Made by a program: the position numbers and the translations under genes
Notes under the pieces: model-generated
Database searches by the model: none
The model's input: the letters and a program-made list of their open reading frames with translations, nothing else
What the model was told of the DNA's origin: nothing
In this document: one piece after another, positions 50,969 to 60,404 of the stretch
Position numbering within the stretch: the stretch's first letter is position 1
Layout of the letters: each line of letters begins with the position of its first letter
Origin: Candidatus Levyibacteriota bacterium
Lineage (GTDB): Bacteria > Patescibacteriota > Microgenomatia > Levybacterales > UBA12049
Direction of reading: 5' to 3'
Assembly: GCA_030651475.1 (NCBI GenBank)
Contig: JAUSEW010000002.1
Location: forward strand, 83,927 to 147,926
DNA length: 64,000 nucleotides

Positions 50969-53013
50969 TTACTGGTTAATATCCCTTCAATTAGTTCAGG
51001 CCTTAAGAAAATATCATGTACTTGGTCAATCATTGCCCAGAGAATTCTTAGTTGTCTTTCATCGGCTTCCTCAATTGCCTTACCAAGCAAAAACCTTTTT
51101 GTTATATGCTGTCTAATAATTTTTATTAAATATGCTTGTCTATCATCAGGATTTCTATCATATTCAAGTAAGGAAGCTATCGCAATATTATGTGTCTGTT
51201 TAATTATTTGTTTTTTTATCTCATCTAGGCTCCAATGGTCTGTATTAGTAGCCTTCGCTAAATTCCTTACATCGATTTCAGGGAGATTTTTATCCAAAGT
51301 TGTCATATCAGAATCAAGATTTAAACTTTTAATCTGGGCAACATCTTCAGATATATTCATTTTGTGCGGGTCATATTCATACTGATCAAGGTATTTTTGC
51401 CATTCATAAATTGGTTCAACAACTTCCGGTGGTTCGGGAGTCGCTGGAATTTTTGACATATCGAGTTTTTCCTCTGCCTCTCCTATTGTCTGCTCACCTT
51501 CTTCAACGGTTTCTATTGTTTCTTTCTCTGTCGGAATTTTTGCTTCATCGATGATAATGTTTGCTGGATCAAGCTGATCCGGATATTCAGTTGCTCTTAA
51601 ATTTTCCCAAAGCCATTTATGCTTTAAGATTGGGTGATCCACTACGAATAATGATTCCCATTCCTCTGTACTTTTTCCCATTCTTCGAAGTCCTCTTCCG
51701 ATTACTTGCGGGCCATAAACAGAAAACTTTTGTCCGCCAACCTCTTTATAGCTAAACTTTCTAAACAGAACCTCAACTGCAATATTTCTTACGTCCCATC
51801 CTTCCCGAAGCATTAAAACAGAAATCACAGCATCAAATTCGGGATGTGGATTTTGATTAAGAGTTTTTGCTTGATCGACTAACTCATCATTTTGTTCATT
51901 ATGAACCAATAAAGTCTTATTGACTTCGTATTTTGGGCCGATCTCCTGCAATGCCCGATCAATATTTTCTGCGTCTGCAATTGATAGAGCAATAACAAAA
52001 AGTAATGGCTTGAATCTTGGTTGACCATCCTTTCCTCTTGGCACGGCTAATCTTTGCTTTGCTAAAAGCTCTAACCCTATGGCTAATTGTTGACGCATTG
52101 GTTTAGCGCTGGTGATATATCTTCTGGCTGGTATTTTTCTTTTTTCAATTTCTTCCCAAGGCATCTCTTCTTCCGAAATAGTTTTACCAGTTATTAAATC
52201 CTCATATGTTAATTTCACTTTCCTAACGTCAGGATGAAAAACTACAATCCTTTTAATGATTTTATCCTTCATTGCTTCGGCAATTCCGTACACAAAGATC
52301 ATCTCGCTATCTGGATGCAAACCATCCAGTCTATCCGGTGTAGCAGTTGTATCCAAGCGGAAAAATCTTTTTGGTTTCAATTTATTTATTAAATCATTAT
52401 AGATTTCTGCTTTTGTATTATGAGCTTCGTCATTAAAGATAACTATGGAATCAATATTTTCCATCAAAACTTTCCAGTTATCTCTTTTTTCGTAGATCTG
52501 CTGTATGTTTCCAATTAAAATATTATTTGCCCTAACGCCAGCAGAGCTTGCTCCTGCTTCCATAACATGATGGGAAAGTCTATCTTTAAGAGGTAAATAC
52601 GAGTTGAAGAAGAACGGAAAAATATTGTAAATATAAATATAGGAGTTCGGATCAAACTCATCTACTAACCTTGATCTGACTATTGTATTTGGCGTGAGAA
52701 CTAAAAATTTATTTTGATCATGCACAATCATCATGTAAGCAATCATTGCGCCAATGACTGTGGTCTTGCCTCCACCTGTAACTATATTTGTTAGAACATC
52801 TTTAAGCCCCAATATTTCAAAAGAATAAACGCATCTCTCAATCGCTTCAATTTGCACTTTCTTCCATTGTTTTTCGTTCCAAAGTTCAAGATTTGGTTTA
52901 AAGTGTTGAGAATTAAGGTGTTTCAAAAAAGCAATACCAGCATCAGGAATCCCTTCATAGGTTTTTCTCCACTGCTTAAAATTCGCCTCATGTGGCTTAA
53001 AAAAATACTGCAT
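50965..53013 (-). CDS. Type III restriction Res-like SF2 helicase (ResIII domain, DEAH box), apparently without its own nuclease domain
   Basis: Motif I TGGGKTT, motif II IIFNDEAHNT, motif III TATPDR, motif VI QVIGRGLRR. No PD-(D/E)xK motif is seen in the C-terminal ~200 aa. Confidence 0.75.
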   Translation of the reverse strand: MQYFFKPHEANFKQWRKTYEGIPDAGIAFLKHLNSQHFKPNLELWNEKQWKKVQIEAIERCVYSFEILGLKDVLTNIVTGGGKTTVIGAMIAYMMIVHDQNKFLVLTPNTIVRSRLVDEFDPNSYIYIYNIFPFFFNSYLPLKDRLSHHVMEAGASSAGVRANNILIGNIQQIYEKRDNWKVLMENIDSIVIFNDEAHNTKAEIYNDLINKLKPKRFFRLDTTATPDRLDGLHPDSEMIFVYGIAEAMKDKIIKRIVVFHPDVRKVKLTYEDLITGKTISEEEMPWEEIEKRKIPARRYITSAKPMRQQLAIGLELLAKQRLAVPRGKDGQPRFKPLLFVIALSIADAENIDRALQEIGPKYEVNKTLLVHNEQNDELVDQAKTLNQNPHPEFDAVISVLMLREGWDVRNIAVEVLFRKFSYKEVGGQKFSVYGPQVIGRGLRRMGKSTEEWESLFVVDHPILKHKWLWENLRATEYPDQLDPANIIIDEAKIPTEKETIETVEEGEQTIGEAEEKLDMSKIPATPEPPEVVEPIYEWQKYLDQYEYDPHKMNISEDVAQIKSLNLDSDMTTLDKNLPEIDVRNLAKATNTDHWSLDEIKKQIIKQTHNIAIASLLEYDRNPDDRQAYLIKIIRQHITKRFLLGKAIEEADERQLRILWAMIDQVHDIFLRPELIEGILTSK

Positions 53014-53065
53014 ATTTACTCAATATTAAGATAGGGTCTAATTTAATTATTACTATTGATATTTC

Positions 53066-54796
53066 TTAAACTTCATAGATCGTATTTATTTTATCTATTA
53101 TTGTGTCATAAACATACTCGAAGTTAGCGTGTGTTTTTTTAGATAACTTTTTTAGTATTGCCTTTACTTTTTTTGAAAAATAAAGAGTGGCAATAGTCTT
53201 TTCGAATGACGTATTATTTGGAATAGCTAGCTCGCTTCTAATTAATCTAATATCCTGCCCTTCAAAAAGATCCTGAAGTATTGTTTTTTTTCTTGATTTA
53301 GAATTAAGTGGTAACAACAGAAATTTTTTTCCCTCTTCATCGCCAAAAAACTTCATTGAATTCTCGAATTCCCTCTGACCTTCAACATCATTATCCCACA
53401 TAGCCAAGTATTTCAATCTCCATCCTATTGAAATTGATATAAAGTACGAAATACTTTCAGCATTTACTGATGGTAAAAATCCTAAATTTAATGTTTTTGG
53501 TTTAAATAATTCAAAACAATAGAAATCATATATTCCCTCAACTATGCATATTGATTCAAAATTAAAGTCTGTTATAAACGGTTTGATTTTGAGAGCATCA
53601 ATAATTGGTTGAACAGCCAGTCTTTTCTCTTTACTATTGTCTTTATATTCCAAAAGAGAAAGAATGCTTATTGATCCATTACTGCTTTTTTGTGCAACTC
53701 TCACGGAATTAAGCGGTATCTGCGATGGATCAAGTAAATAATGAGAATGTGTGCAGTAAATAACGACATTATTGCTAGACAAGTACGAAAGCTTCTCGCA
53801 TAATTTAGATTGAGCACTGGAATGCAGATACGACCCTGGCTCATCAAGTAAATATATAGTATCCTTATCTTCCATACTTCTAACTTTTGGGTTAAATTCA
53901 AGTTTCATAACGAAATTAAAAAACCAGTAAAATCCTTTACTTCGATCACGAATCCCAAAATATCTCTCTTTCCCCTCTATAGTTTCCTTTACAAGAAGCT
54001 TTAAGAATGGTCTCTCCTCTTTAAGGCTATAGTCAATTTGTACATCCAATCTTGCTCCTTTTTCTAAAGTAAATTTTTCCCACTCTTTTGCTAAAGTTTG
54101 ATTTAATACCTTACATGCATCTCCCAAGATACTTTGTCTTGTTAACTCTTCAATCTCCTTTAATTTAAATACTGAATAGTCATTATTTGTTTTTCTGAAT
54201 AATTGTTCAATAATTTCTAACCATCCCTTAGCTTGATTATTCTCACCTACTATTTCCATTTCTTCTTGGACAGTATCCCTGAAGTCATCGAAATATAAAA
54301 TATGCGGAGTTTTCCGAAGTATTGTATCTATCAAAAGCGTATTAATATTTGAGTAGTTTTCAAGTTCTTGGTTCTTAATCGAGTACTGTTTATTTATAAG
54401 ATCTCTCTTGATAAATAAATAGCATGTTTTCTGATCAACCCTAGAAACAAACTCTTTAAATTCTGTTAGTTCTCGTACAGCGTCTTCAGATAATCCTGAT
54501 ACATTTCCTAGTTGTTCGTGTATACTTAGGCATTCTTCTTTGCTTATCTCTATTTTTGCTGTTACTGAAGGCACTCCCTGATCGGTAGTTTTGTATAAAT
54601 TCCGGACATTTATTAACTGTCGCCCATCGTTTAGGCTATCGTTCGAAAGATCAAAAGCAAAAATTGCCCATAAAATACTAGTTTTCCCGCTTTCATTTAT
54701 GCCAATTATAGGAAGCAAGCTCCTTTTAGAGATATCTACCTCTAAATTTCCTGAAATAGCTTTATAATCAGATATTGTAAAGCTTAAATACCTCAT
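53066..54796 (-). CDS. OLD-family nuclease: ABC-type ATPase (AAA_15/21) fused to a C-terminal Toprim domain (GajA-like architecture)
   Basis: Walker A GINESGKTS, Walker B IYLLDEPGSYLHS, H-loop CTHSH, then Toprim E (CIVEGIYD) and DxD (AMWDNDVEG). 576 aa. Start overlaps the methyltransferase stop by 4 bp. Confidence 0.7.
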   Translation of the reverse strand: MRYLSFTISDYKAISGNLEVDISKRSLLPIIGINESGKTSILWAIFAFDLSNDSLNDGRQLINVRNLYKTTDQGVPSVTAKIEISKEECLSIHEQLGNVSGLSEDAVRELTEFKEFVSRVDQKTCYLFIKRDLINKQYSIKNQELENYSNINTLLIDTILRKTPHILYFDDFRDTVQEEMEIVGENNQAKGWLEIIEQLFRKTNNDYSVFKLKEIEELTRQSILGDACKVLNQTLAKEWEKFTLEKGARLDVQIDYSLKEERPFLKLLVKETIEGKERYFGIRDRSKGFYWFFNFVMKLEFNPKVRSMEDKDTIYLLDEPGSYLHSSAQSKLCEKLSYLSSNNVVIYCTHSHYLLDPSQIPLNSVRVAQKSSNGSISILSLLEYKDNSKEKRLAVQPIIDALKIKPFITDFNFESICIVEGIYDFYCFELFKPKTLNLGFLPSVNAESISYFISISIGWRLKYLAMWDNDVEGQREFENSMKFFGDEEGKKFLLLPLNSKSRKKTILQDLFEGQDIRLIRSELAIPNNTSFEKTIATLYFSKKVKAILKKLSKKTHANFEYVYDTIIDKINTIYEV

Positions 54797-56799
54797 TTTG
54801 TTACCTCCATTTTTTTACTTAAAATTGTCTCTCCTGCTAAATTATCTTGTACTTTGCACGCAACAACATACTCTCTCTCTTTATCAAATTTATGCTTCGC
54901 TTTTAACACTGCCTCAAAAATCTCTCCACGCTTTTTACCTGCCCCGTTGCGCAGCTTTACGGGGTCCTTTTTCTTTTCTCGAGATAAAACATAATCTTTA
55001 TCTGCAGAAAAATGTCCTTCCTGATAATCAAAATCCCATTGAGCATTTACAAGCCAGCCATCTTCATTTGTTGAAATTGCATCCACTGCTTCAAACTCAT
55101 ATTCCAAAAGCCCAATTTTTTTAATCTTAATATCTCCAATTACAGGAGGTTTGGAAAAACGAAGGAATAATTCCGCATCTTCAACATCGGGCATTCTTTG
55201 TAAAATCCTTTGCCTAAAGGCTTTGGAATCTAACGGAATTGCTTCCAATTCTATAGGCAGATTATATTTTTGTGAATAATTTTGCAGAGCTTTAACATAA
55301 GCCAATACTTGTCTGGAAAATCTCCAAGCAACAATTTTTGCACGGATCATTTGATTTACTTGAACTTTGGCTTTTATTTCATCGAAAAACGTTTTAATAT
55401 CCTTTACGTCAATTGATTCATTTGGATTGGGATGCCCAATATAAATTGGTTCTTGTTGCGCAGGCGGTCTATAGCCATGAGTAACTCCTGCTCCGGTATT
55501 TCGGCTCGCTCCATAAGCAGTTAAAACAAAATTTATAAATTCTTCTTGATTTAAGTTTTTAAACTTCTCAACTGGGTAAACTCCCAAATAGTAAACTTCA
55601 ATATTGGGAACTTTCTCAAAAGTGCCTTCCGTCTGTAACCCCAACTGAAAGGCTTTATTGTCAGTTGAAATATTACTTTTAACCCCGCTCATTTCCTCCC
55701 CAACTTTTACCAACCTATCTAAAGTAACGGAAACAGCCACTCTTGAAGAATCACAGCCAATAAATTTTCTTTTCAATTTCTGAGCTACAGCTAATGTTGT
55801 TCCACCTCCCACAAAAAAATCTGCTACTACCTCGCCTTCGTTTGAAGAGGCTTTTATAATTCTTTCTAAGAGAACTTCTGGTTTCTGAGTCGGGTAACCG
55901 ATTCTTTCTTTGTGAACTGCTGGAATAGTAGGGATATCCCAGACATCCTCGGGATACTTTCCTTCATCTAAATAATATTTATAGTATTTACCCATTTTAG
56001 AACTCCATTTTTTTCTAAATCTCCTTCCTTCTTCATCTTTATAGTGAAAGTTTTCCTCTGCAGAAGATTCCTTAAATGGGACTTTTACTCTTTCTATTTC
56101 AAATGTATATTTTTTGGATTTGGAGTAAAGAAAAATAATATCATGCTTCTTGCTAAAATCCTTTTTTGATTTTGCTCCCATGTGATACCACCAAATAACT
56201 TCATTTACAAAATTTTCATATCCAAAAATCTTATCCATCTCTGTTTTAATATAATGACTAGCATGCCAGTCGCAATGGACGTAAATACTGCCTGTATTTT
56301 TTAAAACTCTTCGCATTTCCCAAAGCCTAGCGTTAAGCCAAATCAAATAACTCGTTATTCCACCTTCCCAAATATCCTCAAAAGTTCTTACTTCGTTACT
56401 GTCTCCCCAAATAACGTTGTAATTTCTGCCAGAGAAAAAGGGAGGATCAATATAAATTAAGTCTATTGAATTGCTTGGAAGAGTACGTAAGACCTCTAAA
56501 TTATCCCCAAGATAGAGTTTATTAGCCGGAGATTGTGGGTCATTAAATATTACCGTATCTCCATGATTTTTAGGATGAAGTGCAGGAATATTAATATAAG
56601 GAAATACCCTATCAAATGCTTTATGGTCATCATAACCAAGAGGCGGATTTGTCGGGTCTGGTAAATTATGTAAGCGTTTCCTAAGTTTTGAAGAAACAGA
56701 AATAACACTCTTTTGATCTGGGCGTTCCTGCCCTTCGGATTCTTTCTGTATTTTCTCTAATTCCTCTTTGTCAATTACTGATTTATTCTGTGTGTGCAT
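54793..56799 (-). CDS. beta-class DNA N6-adenine/N4-cytosine methyltransferase (Type III Mod-like) with an extra C-terminal domain
   Basis: Motif IV IYIDPPFFSG comes before motif I VVADFFVGGGTTLAVA, which is the permuted order typical of Type III Mod and N4/N6 methyltransferases. A ~300-aa C-terminal extension follows. Confidence 0.8.
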   Translation of the reverse strand: MHTQNKSVIDKEELEKIQKESEGQERPDQKSVISVSSKLRKRLHNLPDPTNPPLGYDDHKAFDRVFPYINIPALHPKNHGDTVIFNDPQSPANKLYLGDNLEVLRTLPSNSIDLIYIDPPFFSGRNYNVIWGDSNEVRTFEDIWEGGITSYLIWLNARLWEMRRVLKNTGSIYVHCDWHASHYIKTEMDKIFGYENFVNEVIWWYHMGAKSKKDFSKKHDIIFLYSKSKKYTFEIERVKVPFKESSAEENFHYKDEEGRRFRKKWSSKMGKYYKYYLDEGKYPEDVWDIPTIPAVHKERIGYPTQKPEVLLERIIKASSNEGEVVADFFVGGGTTLAVAQKLKRKFIGCDSSRVAVSVTLDRLVKVGEEMSGVKSNISTDNKAFQLGLQTEGTFEKVPNIEVYYLGVYPVEKFKNLNQEEFINFVLTAYGASRNTGAGVTHGYRPPAQQEPIYIGHPNPNESIDVKDIKTFFDEIKAKVQVNQMIRAKIVAWRFSRQVLAYVKALQNYSQKYNLPIELEAIPLDSKAFRQRILQRMPDVEDAELFLRFSKPPVIGDIKIKKIGLLEYEFEAVDAISTNEDGWLVNAQWDFDYQEGHFSADKDYVLSREKKKDPVKLRNGAGKKRGEIFEAVLKAKHKFDKEREYVVACKVQDNLAGETILSKKMEVTK

Positions 56800-57017
56800 G
56801 TAGACTAATTTTACCAGAAAACCAAGATTATAAAAAGAAGAGAATTCCTTTTCGTGTGGAGGAAATTTATAATGGATAGGGAAAATTAAACTTTAAAGAA
56901 TTGAGCAAATCTCAATTTATAAAGATTCTCCAGGAAATCTGTCCCGGCATATCCTGCTAACAAAGATATTTTCCCCCGCATAATCTTGCTTTTCGCCTTT
57001 TCACTACTATTCGTAGA

Positions 57018-57039
57018 CGGCTCCCTCCAGAGGCGGGCA
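57018..57039. repeat. left 22-bp inverted repeat (gctccctccagaggcgggcagg) bracketing the Bro-N gene. The gggcaggcaaa motif recurs at 57033-57043 and 57059-57069.
   Basis: 21 of 22 positions match the reverse complement of 57950-57971. Confidence 0.8.
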
Positions 57040-57095
57040 GGCAAAGAGCGATTTGAGCGGGGCAGGCAAATCATTGTTGGCAATAATTCCGGACA

Positions 57096-57917
57096 TTATG
57101 AAAGTTGCTTAGCCCTTTGTTTCTTAGGTAAGTAATTCTTTTTGGAAACTATTGACCTTCCAAGACGTTTTTCAAGCTTTCTTCTTGCACCGCCGGCAAT
57201 ATCACCACCTGCTTTGGCATCACTTTTAAGTTTAGGCATTCCTTTTGAATCTTCGTTGCGATGAATTTCAGTAGTAGCCCTTTCCCCAAGCATGGTAAAA
57301 ATTAACTCAAAGTCATCCATGTGATCTCTTAAGTTTTGCCGCTTTAATCCCTTTAACTTTTTGTACTGACTTGGAGTTACACCAAACATTGCTTTGGAGA
57401 TTTCAGCCGTGAGAATTTCATAATCCCTCTGTATCCTTGCTCCTCTTTTTTGCCATTCATCAGTTAATTCTTCGCGGATAGCAATACCTCTCATCCGTTT
57501 CTCTATCCAATCATCAGAATAACCTTTTGCTTTATACAAGGCTCTTGTTCTTTTGGTTGCCAGTTCAGGATCTTCTATTTCTTGGATTCTTTCATATCCA
57601 ACTCTTGCCAGCCATCTTTTGAAAGGCTCAGCTTTGGGAGAAGGGATAGACTGGATGATACGAAAAACTCCTTCGGTATTGGCACAGCTTATTTTTTGTT
57701 TTCCTCCTTTTGTTTCAATTAAAAGGGGGGTGGCAATTTGCCTCCACCCCTTGGAGATCTCGGGGTCACGTCGGCGCATATCTTTGATATACCCTTCGGG
57801 TTGAACAGAATCGGTAAGTGCTGCAACTACATCAACAATAACAAACCACCATTCATGGTGATGGATAGTCTTACGGATTTGCTTATTTCTAAAAATAGCA
57901 ATTTTGGTATCAATCAT
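57096..57917 (-). CDS. Bro-N (KilA-N-like) domain protein, phage antirepressor / DinD-like
   Basis: IDTKIAIFRNKQIRKTIHHHEWWFVIVDVVAALTDS matches the Bro-N consensus (..IR....G..WF...DVA..L). The start is set at the internal Met (MIDTK) because the upstream 48 codons include the right inverted repeat and a hairpin. Confidence 0.55.
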   Translation of the reverse strand: MIDTKIAIFRNKQIRKTIHHHEWWFVIVDVVAALTDSVQPEGYIKDMRRRDPEISKGWRQIATPLLIETKGGKQKISCANTEGVFRIIQSIPSPKAEPFKRWLARVGYERIQEIEDPELATKRTRALYKAKGYSDDWIEKRMRGIAIREELTDEWQKRGARIQRDYEILTAEISKAMFGVTPSQYKKLKGLKRQNLRDHMDDFELIFTMLGERATTEIHRNEDSKGMPKLKSDAKAGGDIAGGARRKLEKRLGRSIVSKKNYLPKKQRAKQLS

Positions 57918-57949
57918 GAATTTCAGTATAGCATGTCTGAAGAAAGGAT

Positions 57950-57971
57950 GGCCAAAGTGCCTGCCCGTCTC
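57950..57971. repeat. right 22-bp inverted repeat (cctgcccgtctctggagggagc)
   Basis: Reverse complement of 57018-57039 with one mismatch. Confidence 0.8.
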
Positions 57972-57997
57972 TGGAGGGAGCAGAAGCGACCGACTGT

Positions 57998-58019
57998 GCC
58001 CTGAGCGAAGTCGAAGGGC
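57998..58019. repeat. hairpin with the conserved loop GAGCGAAGTCGA, copy 1 (gccct-gagcgaagtcga-agggc)
   Basis: Member of a 4-copy family. Other copies at 60361-60396, 60816-60837 and 60948-60977. Confidence 0.7.
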
Positions 58020-58223
58020 TACCTTTAAAAGCAGTTCGGACTTTTTCATAAACGTCCACAAAATTCACCCTGTTATTTTAGGCATTCATCATGTCCACAA
58101 ATTCTTGCTGCTCTGTTTGCTTCAGCAATTCTTTTATCTGTATTAAAACCACAACAGTGATAATATGCGGAGCTATTAGTTGATTTTTTGCAGGTTCTTC
58201 TCTTTTGAAATTTTCTCTTTCCA

Positions 58224-58247
58224 TAAAAAAACCCGCCTATTGGCGGG
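58224..58247 (-). terminator. Rho-independent terminator (minus strand CCCGCC-aata-GGCGGG followed by T7)
   Basis: GC stem and T-run read from the sequence, downstream of the 58469-59704 gene. Confidence 0.6.
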
Positions 58248-58468
58248 AATTTGCAATCTGTTTTTAACTAACAGAAATTCTCCGCCCTTTACGGGTTAGT
58301 AAGGAGAGTCTCGTTAGCTAAAAATTTTACTTGATTCATCTTTAAATTATTTTATCAATTAATTTTTATCTTTGTCAATAACTAAATTAAAACTTTTAAT
58401 TTATAGGAATTTTTACTTGATGAGTGGGAAACGAACGAGATTGGGTAGGGCAATCTCTATTGATTATC

Positions 58469-59704
58469 TTATGTTTTCTTCATAGCTTTTAACGCGTCAA
58501 GTTTTATTCGCCTAGCAACTTGTTTTTCTCGCTTAGTTTTATTTTTTTCGTTTCGCCATGCTTCGAGCATCTTTCTAAGTGTCGTTGTCAAAGCAAGGTC
58601 ATCAGAGAACTCTTTGATAGCCCCTTCTACTAATTGAACGTCTTTATTATCATAAATAATGAAAGCGTTTCCTTTTATTTGGTGGATTAAAAACTTACGT
58701 TTCAAATCACCTTCAAGCATGCGTAATGTTCTGTTGCCCAGGAAAGAATCCACAAGAATAGGTTCGTTTGTAGTTAATATGAATTCCAATTCTTTTAGGT
58801 AAAACTCTTTGCTTACGGGCAATTCTCCTCTATCGTTAGTCATAGATCCAAGTATTACGGCATATGAATAAGCAGTATGGAACCCATTTGGACTAGAGGG
58901 ATTTTGATTTTTTTCTTCTTCATGAATTATTTCATGCATTTTGTTTGCCGCTTTACGTTTCCACGATTCGTCAACGGAGGTATTGTCGTATAGGTCGCTT
59001 AACGGTTTGTATTTATCAATGTCACGAATGTCAAAACCAAACAACATTCTTAACACAGACTCAATATATTCAGAAGATATGGGATGATTATGAATAGTAA
59101 AATGCGCGAATAGTTCCTCCGCTTGTTTAGTATCTAAGGCAGTAAGTAAATGAGGGATAAGCATATTATAGGTCTTTAATGACGTAGCGTAACGTCCGAT
59201 CAGATTAATTATGGCCATACGCTCTTCTTCCGTTGGTGTTCCTTTTTCTTCTATTCCTACTTCTATTGTTTTTACCGCTTTTTCCGTTTCTTTGACGTAG
59301 TCTGGAAGTTTAGAAGCAACAAAATTTGCTTGTTCTTTGCTTAGTTTTCCTAACAGTCTCTTTACCCGACCCTCTTTATTTTCATCAGCATCTCTTCCAT
59401 ATGAAATGTACGAAATAAATAAACCGAGATTGCCGTGGCTGTTTTCCGCATCAACGCTTACTAAGAAAGGGAGTTTTGTAATATCGGGTGCAAAAAGCAC
59501 TTGTAATGCTCTTTGTTGATATTGCGGATCAACATCTTCTCTTAAAAGAGCAACCATATCGTCTTTGGTTCTTTTGACACCCATAAACTGATCCCAAGCG
59601 GCTTCTTGAGGACCTTCGGGGAAAAACCTATGAATAGTTTCTTCTAAGAAATTATCAACGCGTGGATCTAGGGGCGGAGTTCTTTCTTGTTTTGATCCTG
59701 CCAT
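58469..59704 (-). CDS. hypothetical protein
   Basis: 411-aa ORF with no recognised motif. Lies within the accessory island. Confidence 0.3.
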   Translation of the reverse strand: MAGSKQERTPPLDPRVDNFLEETIHRFFPEGPQEAAWDQFMGVKRTKDDMVALLREDVDPQYQQRALQVLFAPDITKLPFLVSVDAENSHGNLGLFISYISYGRDADENKEGRVKRLLGKLSKEQANFVASKLPDYVKETEKAVKTIEVGIEEKGTPTEEERMAIINLIGRYATSLKTYNMLIPHLLTALDTKQAEELFAHFTIHNHPISSEYIESVLRMLFGFDIRDIDKYKPLSDLYDNTSVDESWKRKAANKMHEIIHEEEKNQNPSSPNGFHTAYSYAVILGSMTNDRGELPVSKEFYLKELEFILTTNEPILVDSFLGNRTLRMLEGDLKRKFLIHQIKGNAFIIYDNKDVQLVEGAIKEFSDDLALTTTLRKMLEAWRNEKNKTKREKQVARRIKLDALKAMKKT

Positions 59705-59707
59705 ATG

Positions 59708-60346
59708 TTATCCGACTTGCGTGGCGACGACGCGTTCGTTAGAAAGACCAAAGGTTGTGCCGTGTTTCTTGAACATTGACCAATATTCTTTTTTAGCTTT
59801 CTTGCTTTTGAACATAGATAGCCAAGCTTTGGAATCTTCAACTTTAGCTCGGGCCTGGCGAATAGTAACAAGCATCCATTCAAAAAACGATTGATGATAT
59901 TTTCCGGGTTTTGCAACTCTTTGCTCTACTGTAATTTCTCTAAATTCCGTTCTTAATTCTTCAGAGCTCTCAACAAGCTTTTTTAACTCAACAATTATTT
60001 GCTGAATTTGAGCTTTTGTTTCTTGGTTTTCTTGGGAAACAACCCGTTCTTGAGCATGAACTATCTCTGCCGTATAATTAATCCCCGGTGTAATATCTTT
60101 TTTCTTTTCTTGCTCTTCCTTAAGTTTTTTTAAATTAAGTTCTTTCCCTTCCGCAAGATCTCCGCTTAGATTTTGGGCTTCCTCTTTTGCGTATTTATTA
60201 ATTCCCAGAAACTGTTCCCAGATATCTCCCAGCGCATCTTGAGTATTTTTAGCTATGGATTGGGGAACAGCTGACAGCGTATCTCGTACAGCTTCTACTG
60301 GATTTCGATCTACATATTGTCTGGCTTTGGATTTCGTTCTTTTCAT
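59708..60346 (-). CDS. hypothetical protein (coiled-coil rich)
   Basis: 212-aa ORF located 3 bp from the upstream gene. Confidence 0.3.
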   Translation of the reverse strand: MKRTKSKARQYVDRNPVEAVRDTLSAVPQSIAKNTQDALGDIWEQFLGINKYAKEEAQNLSGDLAEGKELNLKKLKEEQEKKKDITPGINYTAEIVHAQERVVSQENQETKAQIQQIIVELKKLVESSEELRTEFREITVEQRVAKPGKYHQSFFEWMLVTIRQARAKVEDSKAWLSMFKSKKAKKEYWSMFKKHGTTFGLSNERVVATQVG

Positions 60347-60360
60347 ACATTCGATAAACT

Positions 60361-60396
60361 CAGTATGATTCTGAGCGAAGTCGAAGAATCATACTG
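60361..60396. repeat. hairpin with conserved loop, copy 2: 11-bp perfect stem cagtatgattc / gaatcatactg around ctgagcgaagtcgaa
   Basis: Read from the sequence. Lies between tig and the downstream gene. Confidence 0.8.
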
Positions 60397-60404
60397 TCAC
60401 ATTA

